Of a stretch of 64,000 nt of DNA, positions 28,001-43,000 are shown one piece after another. The stretch's first letter is position 1. Every line of letters begins with the position of its first letter. The notes beneath the pieces are model-generated. The model did not search any database, was not told where the DNA came from, and saw only the letters and a list, made by a program, of their open reading frames with translations. A program made the translations under genes and the position numbers. Origin of the DNA: Mytilus trossulus. Lineage: Eukaryota. The stretch lies in the NCBI RefSeq assembly GCF_036588685.1, contig NC_086386.1, positions 19,406,001 through 19,470,000 on the forward strand, in the 5' to 3' direction.

Positions 28001-31000
28001 AGACTTGTCACTGCAAATTGCTAAGTTTGATTGAAGTGGTAAAAGTAATGTTATGAATGGATCATTCATTGATGTTTTACTTAAGAATTGTTTTGTAGAG
28101 TGGATAAATATAGATATAGATAAGAGACACTCCCATTGCCACAGATGTTACTGATTTACACCATACTTGTCATGTACTAAGTTTAATCAAGTCATATTGG
28201 AAACTTAAGTACATGACAAGTATGAGAGTTCAAGAAGTCAAAAAATGACCTAAATGTTCATCATGTCACATTCCGTTTATTCCATCTTATTCAGGCCAAT
28301 AGTCGGGTCAGGTCTCGGAGATAAGCTTTTAAAAAGTTGGTTTAAAAGAACCTTTAGGCTCCGTGTTAAAGACAGTTCTTTGACCTATCATGGTTTTTCT
28401 TTTACAAATTGTGACTAGGATGGACAGTTGTATCTCTTTAATATAAGGAGTGGCAATCTTCCTACATGGAACAGTTAATCATAACTTATGAAAAAAAAAA
28501 TTGTTCTGTAGTTAAATTCACTGAACAGAAAATGCAGTATTTTCATCGCACTTTTTTATTTCAAATTTTAAACAATGTTGGTCTTCTGGATCCTAACTAC
28601 ATGTATGAAATTGTAAAAGGTTGTAGATTAAAAAAAAATTAGGTCAACCAAAACAATAAATTGTTAAAATGTCTGAATATGCATCTTTTATTTAGTGAAA
28701 CAAGTATATGAGATCTAGATTTGCAACTTGAAACTTAAAATGTATAGCTTTATGTTCATTTTATGCATTTACAGTTACATGCTTTACAAAGAAGATATGT
28801 TTGACACTACTCATGAATGACTGCACATTTAAAATGAAATTTGAATTTCTATAAAATGTGTATCAAATTTTTAATGCTTAATGTATTTAATGAGAATTTA
28901 CGAACTATGGTACTCTTTAATGCACCAAAAGATGACAAACATATTTATTAAAAAGAACAACAAGTTTTGAGTATTTCTCTCAATTTGAAAAGAAATGTAT
29001 TTCCTTGGAAACCCTGTTTGGACTTGATGCACTAGATTTGTAGAATGGGTTATAGCAAATATGTATGAACTTAATACTGGTTGAACAGACAGAAAAATGT
29101 ATGCTACATTTAAATTAACACCCCACACTATGATTGTAATAGATGATCTCTATTCTTAAATCCACCCAGTTTATATTAACCTAGCTAATGATTTCTTCCT
29201 CAAAGGCTGACCTCTGGCAAAATGAGACATAATAAAGACAGGTGATGTTCAGAATTTTTGCTAATTACAGAATTAAAAAACAACAGTAAATACTGTTTGA
29301 ATGATAAATAGTCTCAACTTAAATTGATGTTGGGAAGTAAAATGTAAACATTTTAATTGACATAACAGTATATCCATATATATGGGGAAAAGATTGTTCA
29401 AATTGTATTAATTTTCCATTGGCCATAAAAAAAAAATCTTTCCATTTTGTTTTCCACAGACTTGGAAATATATACCAATCACCATTTGAAATGTGCTGTA
29501 CAGCTGGGTCCAAATCAGGGGCAATTATGTCAATTCATCTCTATTTCTCATGTCAAAGGACAAACATTTTGAGTTAGCACGATATAAAATCACAAATCAG
29601 TTTTGACATATTTCTGCAAACAGAATAGTTTTACATTGCTGGGATAGGATATTCCATTTTGTTGAGTTCTGAAATAGGTCAACTATATATAGTATGTATG
29701 CCTGTGGTATAATAATAAGACGGAACATGTTTGTCTGGCAGGGTTCATCTCACCTTGACCTTGGTTCATGAGAATACATTGATGTTTGTGGTTGGTTCCA
29801 GAGTTATTTAATCCTGATCAGTAAAACAGGCAAGACACTTTAGCATGTGCACTCTTGTTTTATAATATAGACAGTAAATTGCTAATTATAAAACATATAT
29901 TGTTTAATTTTTTGAAAATTATTATTCAGCAAATAAAAGGTGATTGAACATAAATTTTTATTTACTAGTAACCATTCATTTAAAACAAAATTATGTAAGC
30001 TTCCAAAAAATCCATTTTGTAATTCCCTCTACTGAAATGCGGCACAATACATTTTATGTAAATGCGAATCGTATAATTAACAGAACAAACTTGTGTTATT
30101 TTAAAAAAAAATTGCTATCAAAGTTTTTAAAAAGTGACTTATATTTTTGACTTGAAACATCGACAAACTGGAAAATTTTTCATTTATTTTACATTCAAGG
30201 CTATAAAATATAGAAATTTTAAATATTTATTGAAAAATTATTTATTAAATTCAACAGATGTCCCAAATGGGACAAATTTACAATCATTCTAAAAAATTTA
30301 ATGGATTTATAAAACAAAGAAATTGCTGTCAAAAGTAAAAGTTATTACATTACACTTGAAACATCAACAAAAAGGTTTTCTATACATTCAAGGCTTTTGA
30401 AAAATTATAATTTTTTAAATATTTATAAAATTCAGCAGACGTCCCAAGGTCAGGACAATTTTACATTAATGGATTAATTATTTATTAAAGTTTATGAAAC
30501 CTATCATATTGGGGTAAAAAGTAGTGTGAGAAATCTTTCATCTGATAGTTGTGAATATTTAAATGCCCAAGTGAAATAGAGGGAGTTTGCCAGTCTGTAG
30601 ACACGGATGGGTGAATCTTTTTGCAGAAATGCTGTGATATTGTCCGGTTGAAGGGAGTTAATGTGAACGCCCAACAACATAATTGATATTTATTTTAAAT
30701 CTTATATAAATATATGCCAATGTGTGAGATATTTTTGTTTATTTATTTATGTTTGCAAGTCACGACTAGAAAAAGTATAAGTTGTTTAAAATTTCATAAT
30801 CTAATCATTTATACATGTAGTGGGACCCTCTGCCCTTTTTAAATGTCATCGTGGACAGGAATTGTTGTTTTAATGGATTTTAACTCTTAGTACATGAAGC
30901 AGGTAAATAGAAATTTAGTCTTTCGTAGTTATGTCTTAGCTAATGTATATGTTAAAAATTACCATGCATTTTTTTTATAAATACTGTCATAATATTGAAA

Positions 31001-34000
31001 ATGTATTTAATTTCTTAATATTATTGCACCAACACTTTAAAAAAGTTGTAGTATATTGTTTTTAGATCTGTCTGTCCATCTGTCCATCTGTCAGTCTGTC
31101 CGTGCATCCCATGAATATTTTTTGTTTCATCTATGTCAGACCATGATTTCTGAAATTTGGTTTCAAGGTTTTGTATGAGTAGGTCCAAGGACACAGTTGT
31201 CGCCCTTTGGTTTTCGTTGTCTACGAATATAGTCCCTAGTGTAAACAGTGTATAACTTGCATGTTTTATTTAATACACTTTCCCAATTTATTTCTTTATA
31301 TAAAATGCATGAAATATTAAGTAGGGGGATGTAATTACATGTCAAAAATATTTGGGTGCTGAAACTTTATGTTAAGTAGTGAATTGGTCCAGTTCTAAAA
31401 GGTCAAATTTTATCACGTCTGAAGCTGTCAAACTGAATTTTACACCCCCTTTACACAGAATTGTCAATATTTTGAGTTAGAGCTGGTAGAAGTTTCTATA
31501 ATTTTGATATTATTTGTCTCACTGGTAGTACACTACACTGTAAAAATATTTTTTAGAAAGAGCAGGTGCGATTTTTTTTAATTTGAATTTATTTTCTAAA
31601 AGAAATGCACTACGAAATCAGAGATGCAACTAATCGTCGGACCCGTCGGACCTAAGGGGCAGAATTTATGCAGGTCCGGCAAAACTTGTAGCTGTGCAGG
31701 ACCTGATGGCCGGCAATATTTAAGTCCGCTTGGGTCCGCCAAAACTGAAATCCCCGTCGGCCCCGGCAGAGTATTTTGTTTATAAAATTGCGATCATCTT
31801 TAATAAAAGTAAATGTCCTGTTCCCCAGCATTTTCTAACTCCGGGAACCAGTATTTCCGCTCAGTTATAGTCTTTCGTACCTTGTCCATCTCGCCCCGAA
31901 CAATTCTCCGTATTTCCATCATGTTTTTTGTTTTAGAAATTCGCTCTCTAGGAAGGAGGTCTATTAAGCATAGTTGATAAGTTCAGGAAATATGTCATGG
32001 CCGATAAAATTTGTAAGTGGGTCGAAACCCGGTAAAAGACCAAACCAGTCACCTATTCAAGTTGATAAAGCTGTAAAGACGAATGAATCTGGGAGTGATA
32101 ATGATTCTGACTATGAGTCAGATTTTGAATTTGAACAGAATGAAACTACCAATGACTATCTTGTTTCCAAGTACTCTTGTGAAGAATAACTTTTAATCAG
32201 ATCAATATTATGTAATGTATTATTCAATAAACTACAATTGTTATGAATCACAGGTTATTTTAAAATAATAATAATATCAACAAAATCAAAATTAACGTTT
32301 GTTCAATAGCATAATTTCATTTGATTTTTGAGTGAAAATATGGGTCTGGCAGAAATTTGATGGGTCTGGCAAAACTTGGTACCCTGTAGGCCCCATTGTC
32401 TGACAGGAAAAAAACTGTTTGCATCTCTGTGAAATAACTGTGTTCTCGGGCCAGTAGGTCAGTTTCAGATGCATCACTCAGCACTCAGCAACTTCATGTC
32501 TACGTTATACTTTTAACAGGGCAGGGGGTATCATTAGAGAGCAGTAGCTCACAGATTCACTTATCTTATTTTTATTTGATTTTTACAATCATCCTACATT
32601 ACTTGCACCATAAATATATTAAATCACCAAAAATAAGAAAGATAAATGCCTATGTACAGAAAAATTGGCTGACAAGGTTTCGTATATGTTTGAACTGTTT
32701 GAATATCAGTGAGAGCCTCTAAAAATTTTGAATATCTCCTGATGACTTGTCTTTTTAACAGAAATTAAAATTCCTCTCCAAATATTACAGCTTAACCAAT
32801 TGATTTCAATATAACTAAATTTTTACCCAGAAGAAATTAACCAAATTTTTTTCTCATCGTATAATCAGGAAGTCATGTACTAGTGTATTAAGTTTCATCA
32901 GAATTAATCGAGCATTTAAATTAAGCAATTTTGAAAACAAAAAATTATCTTGGATTTAAAGGCAAACAAATGCTTTTTCTGAAATTTAATAAGTTAGAAT
33001 TTAAAAAGATACCGAGTAATTAGTGTCAGATTTCATATAAATGACAACAATTTTAAAGACCTATACAAAATTTCTGATATGTTGGCATGTTTTGTTGCTT
33101 AAATCATTGTTATATTTAATTGCTATAAATTTCATACTCATCCATACACATATTCTACTTAAAAGTATATTATCAGATGGTAAGCATAAACAGATACTTT
33201 CTGAATTGAAATGATGAAGGTTTGTTTACTTGTGTGAGCCTGAGCATGAAAATAATAACATTCATTGTTTATGTTTGTAGATAGTATCTGAAGAAGGAAA
33301 ACAATTATATCATGGACACATACAAGAAGTGTTTGACAACAAAGCTGTGGTAGCATTTATTGAAGAATTAGGTGAAAGGTAGGCATCCCACATGTCTCGA
33401 GTCCTCTGTTTTAAAATGAAAATCTGTATTTTGCTGAGATCAGCAATACTTACTATTAAGATGAAGTATCAAATCATTTCTTGTAATAACTAAATATTTA
33501 AACATGTAATTTTAATATCTTACTAGAACACACCCGCGAAATCGCGGGTTTATACAGCTTGTGGACTGTTGTAGGATGATTTTTTTGGTAAAGGATAGTA
33601 GTATGTATGGGAAATTTCATAAAAGGTATCAACAGCCTTCTCCCCTGTTCAAAAGTCCGATAATTGTTTCCTATCTGTTACATTCAAATATTTTCGTGTG
33701 TCTGGCCTCAGACCACACTTATTCTCCTCCTTTGCTACAATGCTACATTTGATAAAAGTCAAATAAGATTAACAATTTGCACCGTTTCAAACATGAAATA
33801 AATCTAACTGCTTATATATAGACCATTTTTAGTCTAATAAAATATGCTTCTAGGACAATCCGTCAGTGTTTTTTTTCTTTTGAGAGACTCATTAAGATGT
33901 CAATGGTAGGATATGCATCATGTATAAATGACTAAGGCTTATTTCAGGGGTGGTCGGAGGGGTCCTGATCCCGAAATCCCGCGCTTAAAAACCATGAAAT

Positions 34001-37000
34001 CCAGAGATGCAGAATTGAAAGAAATGCATATCCCGAAATCACGAAATCGAAAAATATATTCCCGGATCCAGTAAGGATCAATCCCCAAATCCCGACCTTA
34101 AAAACACACGATCCCGACGCCCCGAAAAATGCTCGCCTACTTTTAATCTCTACCTTACTTTCATTTTTGCCAAATCACTATTTTCCCTTTCAACAATAAA
34201 TTTGTATGCCCCATTTATGGGCATTATGTTTTCAGGCTAGTTTGTTCGTCCGTCCGTTCGTCCGTCTGTCCGTCCGTCCGTCCATGTCTGTCCCGCTTCA
34301 GGTTAAAGTTTTTGGTCGAGGTAGTTTTAGATGAAGTTAAGCATGTTTTACTTATTTTAATATATATGCAAGTGGTATGACCCCTTAAGTAGTAAACATT
34401 TCAAAGAAAACAGTAGACAGAATCAGGGCCGACATTCTATACTAACATAAAAAGTCCCTGACAGAATACAGATAGTCTCTATATATTGAAGTAGTACAAA
34501 ATGTATAATCGTAGTTTACATGTAGATAAACTCGAAAAATAATTATCTTCTCTAAGGAGGTATAATAGTTGTGGTTCTTGCGATCTAAACACCGTGATAT
34601 GAAACGCGAAAAGTAATTGTTCTCTCTAAGGAGGTATAATAGTTGTGATTATTGCGATCTAAACACCATGATATGGAAAACGCTCTGAAAGGCTTATTTT
34701 TCTCTCTCCATTCTTATTATTCATCATACGATTCGTTGTACTTGTGTCAAATATTTTACTTATTTTAATATATATATATATATACAACTGGTATGACCCC
34801 TTAAATAGTAAACATTTCAAAGAAAACAATAGACAGAATACAGAGAGTCTCTATTTATTAAAGTATCATAATCGTAGTTTACATATAGATAAACGCGAAA
34901 AATAATTATTGTAAGGAGGTATAATAGTTGTGGTTCATGCGATCTAAGCCCCATACTATGGAGAATGCTCTGATTGGCTTATTTATTTCATAATTTAGTT
35001 ATCTATCATACGATTGGTTGTATTTGTGCATCTTTCAAACTGGAAATCTAATCTATGACTAAAAGTTAGTCCGAAGACGGATTCTTCATATCCGGACTCC
35101 TTTTTTGTCGTTTTTCTCCCAAAATAACTCAATCTGAATAATCATAAGAATGGATGACAAATGCGACTATGCATGTTACCTATAGGACACAGAGGCATGA
35201 TGACTGATTTATTGTGGAAGGAAGAGAAGCGACACCAAAAATGAGGTCTTCTCGTTTAATAGTATAGATGAGGAAGTCTGCATTGAAATTGTAGTCAACT
35301 TTCAACTTGTAGTTATTTTAATAATGTTTATGAGTTGTCTCCCATTTTGTCTTGTATTAATATTACAAACCCACTGTAGTATTCTATAGAAAGTTGATAG
35401 GCTTCATAGAGAGTATACCTTCAATGGCATTTATATTCAAGACATGTTTCAAAACTTTTGTTTCAATATGCATCTTGATCTTTTGTCTCTCTATATATGA
35501 TATTGTAACCCTTGCAAAGCGGTGTGAAGCAAAGTTTGCCAGATTTGGTGTTGCAGGTTCAAAATAAAATAAACAGAAATAGCTTTTGCATTACATGTAC
35601 TACTGTACGCAAGCAGGTTTAATTATGTTTTTAATAAGTTGAAGAGGAATGCATTTTATTTAGACAATTAAAATGATTATTGACTCTTTCAGCCTTTATT
35701 CTTGTTATTATGCTGGAAGTGTTTATTGACCTTTTAAGTTTAAGGAGATAATCTTGTGGTTTCTACTACATGTTGGTGTTGTTTTGAAATTGTAATAGGC
35801 CTTTCTAAATGGAGATAATCCTGTGATGTCAAATGCATCTTGTTATTGTTTTAACATTGTAATGGCCCTTTGTAAGTAGATAATCTTATATCTGTATTAT
35901 GATGATTTTATTAATACCAGGACTTCCTTCTTAATTTCAGGAGAGAAGTAGATGTAGATAGACTACGTCCAGATAAATCAGCTAAAGCTAGTAAGTCACA
36001 ATACTTTAGTAGTCAATTGGTGAAATAAGACATTGGAATATTATTTAGGAGTATTTAATTTTTTGTGATTTGACCATCGAAAGGTAAACTTAGATGTAAT
36101 CTATTATTTTTAATTGTCATCATAATTCTATGCAACTTTTGCCCTAAATTTAAAAAAAAATAAGTTGGATAAATAAAATGCATATTGCAATTTTCAGGAA
36201 TATATTATATTTCTGATTTTTATCAATTGAGATTTAATTATGTTATATGTAAACTATTATTTTATCATTGAAATTATATAAAATTAATTTCTAACAATTT
36301 TTTCCCCCAATTAAATTGCAGTTTGATAAAAAAAAATTGTACATTCTGATTTCAATCTGTAATGTTTTGTCCTTATGAATGATTATATTTCATTATTGTT
36401 ATTTTTTGTTTTGAAAGCTTGTCAATTATAACTTATCACTGTTTGTATTTTAACAATTTGAAAAACTTCTATTGTGATGACTTCCCTTGAAACTACAATA
36501 GCCAGTGTGCATTTGATTGATAAAATAAAGATGAAAAGCAAAACAATTTATTTTATCTCATTTTTTTTGTAGGATCTATTATTAAACATTGGCAAAAAAG
36601 GCGGGTAAGTGTACATTACTTAAATTTTCTTTTAACTTTTTAATTATCAAAATGAATATAAATGACTTTTAGGTTTTCTGGTATACACATGCATGCTTTT
36701 GATATTATAATTTTGAAACGTATCTATCAACATATTACCAAAATTGGATTTCAGAATTTCTATACTTTTGCTCTAATTTTGTATTAAAGAGCAGGACTGA
36801 TTGATTTATGTAAATATAGAGATAGAATTTTATACAAACTTAAATTTTTCATTTATTTCTATATCCCATGTTATAGTAAGCAGAAGTGAACATATTTGTA
36901 CTGTTGATTTTTCGTTTTCTATCTGTATGTAGGGGATCTCTTTGGGGGGTTCCCATCTCGGATCCTGTTTACTGTTTTGTCAGATTTCTATATCCATTTA

Positions 37001-40000
37001 CACTATGTTTGTTAGCAATTCTCATTTTTTTTTGTCAATTCCCAGGTCCCACTAGACCTCATTTCCCATTTTCAGGACACAATAATTTATAACTTTCACT
37101 TGTAATGCTTACATAAAATCGGCAATCCCACATCATGCTTGGACCCCAATAAGACCCACTATATACATTTTTGATGTCTGTGTGTATTGATGTAGCTCCT
37201 TTATATAAGCCTATATTTTATTTCATTGCATGCATGTTTTGATAGCCTTAGTTTTGTTGTTATGGATGGGTTTTATGTTTTATTGCAGATGAAAGCAATG
37301 ACTGTTGAACAGAACCTCCCCCCTCGCATGACTCAGCCTGCAGCTCTCCCTCCTCCTCTTCCTCTTTCTAATGTGGTACAGAATGACAGTAAGTAGGATT
37401 GTGGTGTAGCTACTTATAAAAAGGGGGTGTGGCTGTTAGTGGAAAGTTGGACGGCAGGTAATAAAAAGGGGGCATGGCAGTTTATTACAAGGGGTCAGGC
37501 TGTTGATGGGAAGGTGGGATAGTAGTTATTTCAAAGGGACATGGGAGTTTATTTGAATGGGTGTGTGTCTATTATTGGAAAGTTTGACAGCAGTTAATAA
37601 AAAGGGGGCATGGTAGTTTATTAAAAGGGGGCCAGGCTGTTGATGGGAATGTGGGATAGTAGTTATTTCAAAGGGACATGGGTGTGTGTCTATTATTGGA
37701 AAGTTTGACAGCAGTTAATAAAAAGGGAGTCAAGCTGTTGATCAGAAGGTGTGATAGTAGTTATTTCAAAGGAACATGGGAGTTTATTTGAATGGGTGGT
37801 GTGTCTATTATTGGAAAGTTTGACAGCAGTGAATCAAATTAGGCATGGCATTTTATAGAGAAAAGGGGTGGGGAATGTGAAACAGATAGACCATTAAATA
37901 AGAAGGGGCATAGCAGTTTATAGAAAGAAGGGTTTTTTATTTTTTGGAAAGGGAATATAGAAGTCACTAAAAAAGGGCATTGTTGTTAATAGAGATAGGA
38001 TGGTCTGTAATTGGAAGGCATAATATCAGTTAAATGAAATAAGCGGACTTTCTACAAGAATGAAGTAGTATGTGGTTAGTTGGACTGGTGAATTGGAATA
38101 TGGTAGTAAATGAAGTTCTTTGAAAGTGAGAAATAGCAGTATTATGACTAACATGAATATGTCAGAAAACTGTTGGATCAAAGCAATAAATTAGTTTGGG
38201 TAATATAGACAATTTGTTTGAGAATTTACTTTGGTTTCCAGAACAAAAGTTTTACAGCAAAACTAGGTTTAAGCTTTTGGTTGAATTCTATTCAAATTCT
38301 TTTGACAATTCTACTAGTATCTACAAGTTGGTGGTAAGAAAATATTGTGATTAAGTACTAGTTATACAGTAAACTACCTGTCAGTACATAACTTAAGAAA
38401 GGTATTAGGGTTTTAATTGTTTTTTGAAATGAGTCCCCATTTTGTAGTTTATCATACCTTACACGCTATAGTAAATGTTTCCTATGTTAATTTCTCATTT
38501 CGGTTATGGGTAATGTCCTTTAACAGTTGCATGTTGTTTCCTCTACTATTTGAAGATTCAGTGAAAATTAAGTAAACATTTCCCGTATAATATGACATGA
38601 TGCTTTTCAGAACCAGCAGTACCAGTATCTAATATGCCACCCCCACCACCAGTTACGATGGCTGTCCCAATGCAGCCCCCACCAGTCTTCCATCAACCTC
38701 CACTTATGGCATACGGTGGCCCTATGATGGACCAACCACCACATCCACATATGAATGTACCTGTGGCATGTCTTGGTATGGATGGCCAGCCACCACCGAT
38801 GCCACCTCATATGATGAATGGTGGTGCTATGGTTGCCTATAATGGTGAGAACGGCATGATGGGACAAGAAAGTATGACAAATCCAGTTGTTTATGTTCCA
38901 TTCATGGAAACAATTATGCCTACAGAAGTTAATGTGGATTATCCCCCTTCTGAAGATTCCAGGGGACTGGATCTCCCTCTTAATGGTAGGTATTTTATGA
39001 AGAGTGACAATACTAATAAATGATAATAGAACATTGCTGAATCTCTGTTTGGTTTAGAACAAACTAGGTACTATGGATTAATTTATTTTCATGGGTACCA
39101 ATTTTATATGAATTTGGTTAAATATACTTACCATGAAATTACATTTATATTATATAGAATATGTTTGCTTTCACAACATGTTCTCATCGCAATTAACTAG
39201 GTGATTAAAAATTACATCCATGAGATGTACTCACCTACGTCATAGTTCACCTGTGTAACATACACTAGCTTTAGTTTTAATTTTTGCGTTCAAGAGAACG
39301 CATGTTTCTCGTCGGCAAGGATTCTTAACAGTTTACTGTTGAAAATCCTTATGTTTTATAAAAGACATTATTTGTTTTCGGAATATCGGTATACGATTGA
39401 TTTAATGTGAATCAGAATACAGCACTTCTGCCAAGATTCTGCTATGCACGTTTTCGTCATTTTTACAGCTTACGAGTCTGGAAATACGACGACATAGAAA
39501 ATGACCTTTGTTTAGCCGCCATTTTCAAACATTAAATCGGGTCCGAGGAAAGGCAGAATTTATCTGTCAAAATCGGACATGTTACGTGAGTACTACGTTT
39601 TAAAAAAAAAAAAAAATATATTTTTAAACGGATGTTTATTTCTTTTTTCAAGCTCAGCTGACCGGATTTTTCACTGCATTAGAGCAATGCTACGAAACGG
39701 GTCGAGTGTAAAGTTTGGATAAAGTCGATTGTTTACAATTTGCAATCTGTACACGAGACTGTGTAAACACATCACTATATTAAAATCAGAATAGGTATTT
39801 TGACCAGATCTGATTGTTTTTCATGTGGAAAACGTCCGTATGGGAGCGTATACCACTTTTGTCACTTGTTTACAATTTGCAGTCTGTTACGTGTACACCT
39901 GGTACACGAGACTGTGTAAACACATAACTATTGAATCAGAAGAGGTATTTTGACCAGATCTGATTATTTTAATGTGGATAACGTCCGTATGGGAGCGTAT

Positions 40001-43000
40001 ACCACTATTGTGACTAGAACCTTAATTGGTTCAATAAATTTCAATCAGAAAAGGGAATCTGCCCATTTCTGATTGTTTTATTTGGAAAACGTTTCATACA
40101 GAGAGCGTAGACCAACAGTGGTAATGTTTTAACAGTTGATAAATACATCACAATCAGAATAGGGATTTTGCCCACAACTGATGATGTTTATTTGGTTAAC
40201 CTTCCATTCAGGGAACATAAACCATATTTATTGAAAATAAAACGTGCTCAATGGATCACTATAGAATTGAAATAGAATAGGGATTTTGCCCAAGTCTATT
40301 TGATTAATGTTGACATGTTTCATACAGGAAACATAGGAACTAGAACAACATGCATGATTTAGAATCTGTAAGTTGATTTCATTCTAATAAAATACAGATT
40401 TGATATCTTACATAAAATTAAATCATAACTATTTATTAATTGCACATTGATATTTATTGAGCATAGAATTGCACGTGGATGATTGTTGCAAATAAAATAA
40501 ATTAGAATCAGACTAGTGAATTTAAGTACAAGTCTATCTGATTTTTCTAGACATCCTTCCACCCAGGGAAAATTATGTCTACTTTTTATTATATTTTAAA
40601 ACAACACAAGCATAGCTAATATATGGTTGCACATTGTTTTTGTGATGAACCAACAGTTAAGTCAATTGACATATTTGCTCATATTGATAATATATTGAAC
40701 AAGTGTCGGGAAATAGTCAAGACAGATATTAAAGACACTAAAATAATACATTGTTATCTAGTACAATACAAATGTGATTGCAGTTTAAGCATACCAATAC
40801 ATACTTCTTTTAAATATGTCCAGTTTAAATCAGGACAGTAATATTTTTCCAGAACAGCAAATTGCTGTAAATATTTAATTATTTTTTACTGATAAATAAT
40901 TCTCCAATGCTCTAACAGACATGGAGACAGTAAGAATGGAGCACTGTTCTAAATACAGTTGATAGCTTGTGACAACTCTTTTTACTAATATTAAATTTCA
41001 TGGTCAGTTTACTTATGACAAGAACAACATGAATATTATAAGTATGAACTGCTATAACCAATTGTTTGTTTTTGTCGGCAGTAAGGAAACAAAGGCTTTT
41101 ATATTTTTTTATGTAAACATTAGATTGTCTATTGAATAAAGAGTTTAGGGGATGCCATGATGCATTTCACAAAGACTCATTCAAGGTAATGGCTTATATA
41201 TTGATTACATAATTCAGAGTGTACATTGCCAATGCATATAATATAATATGTACTAATTCTGTTTTGTTTTGAGTACACAAAAAAGAGGTGATAACATAAG
41301 ACTTAAGAGAATATCTTATCCTCACTATATGGGAATCACTGTCAAATTATACATATATGTATCTTCCAATCATGAAAGCAAAAGGAGTTTGGATGCTCTT
41401 TTAAAGATAGAAAATTATGCCTAATAATTTACATCTTAAGTTTTTTTAAGCAATGCCAACAGATGGGCAAGTTTCTGCTATAAGGATTCATTCATTGGGT
41501 CTGTTTTATTCTTAATGTGAGATTGGTAGAACCCAACAGTTTATGCAATGGCTACACATTGTTTTTCCTAGAGTTAAATATTGATTCAGAATTCTGAAGT
41601 ATAGAGGACTCAAATATGCTGATTTATAGAAACAAGATTATCATTAATAAATTAGATCTTGTAAAAAAAAAAAAAAAATAAAAAAAAAAAAAAATAAGTA
41701 AAATATTGGTAAATAAATAAATAAGATTTAAGCATTGTGGATGCCGGATTTATTTAAAATACTAGACATGATCTAGGAAATAGAAGTAGTTCTCAAGATT
41801 TGAAACTATCTATTATACAGCTCTTTATATAAATTTTTTATTTAGTCAGTCTTTACGTCAGATGCAGAAAAAAAAAAGAAAAAAAAGAAGAGGTTATTTT
41901 TGGAGTAACACATGATGTACCAATATAAACATATAATATATATACTTTTCAATTGGTTCTCAAATTTTAGCACCATTGTAGAAGCAGTTAATCTAACAGC
42001 AAAATGTAGGAAAAGCAATTTATTCAAAAGACTGATTAATAGTTAGCAAATAGCTTTCAATTGTCTAAGAATAGTACATGGAAGTAAAATATAGTATGAT
42101 AATTCCATGATTATATCAAATCAAATACGAGACATTTTCTTAATATTATACCTAAATATTAAAATGTCACTGTTTATTTTTGCTCATTATATGCATAAAG
42201 TTAAAAAAATCTAGTCTGGTCAAAGTCAAATTGTGTATAATCTACATGCTGGAAGGTTTTCCGAATGCATGTGATTTTAATTTCGGAATTGATGGTAATT
42301 ATTCATTTTTCAATTTCCATATTACCAGCCAGAATAATATAAATATAAAGCATAGAGTTAGTATCTAATGCAAGAATATGCTACACAAAATTAAAATGTG
42401 TTTATTTTAAACAATTACTTTGAATTTTGATTCAATATTGTTTTGAAAGATGTGATTATTTAAATCACATTAATTTTGTTTTTTCCAAATCTGGGGACAA
42501 ATGCAAAATTCTTCTGAGTGACTAAGTTAACCAAATGGCTGGGTTGAAGTCACAAAATACTACAAAAAGTTGTTTGGTTTATATATATTGAATCATATCA
42601 GAATGTATAGGATTCAGATGAGGTGAACCAAGACAGAAATAAAATGAGCATTTTTGATAGTGAAACCATTTCTGAAATAACTAAGAACACTTAGGATACT
42701 GCAAGTTAGTACAAGTGTTTTCCATTTTGTCAAACAAGTGTTTTTCTTTAAATACAACTATAGAACTATATTTGACAAGTTGCATTTAAGTATTTCTGAT
42801 AGCGAAATAATTTCTGAAATTAATATAAACAATTGTCAAGAGCAACATACAAGAGTTGTTCATTACATGTATGTCAAATTTTTGTTTCTTTAAATTTGGA
42901 ACTGTGTACATGGCAAGATATTCTAGAAAGTTAACCGCTGTGAAATGTTAATTAGAAATATCAAAACATTTTATTTTAGACAGATTTTTCATAGCTGGAG

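Noticed and set aside
31974-32189. 71-aa acidic ORF inside a TIR element
   Set aside because: May be a transposase N-terminal scrap, but too short to support a call.
40178-40224. Hammerhead ribozyme candidate (CTGATGA) in hairpin unit 4
   Set aside because: No GAAA after a stem II, and sister units read CTGATT.
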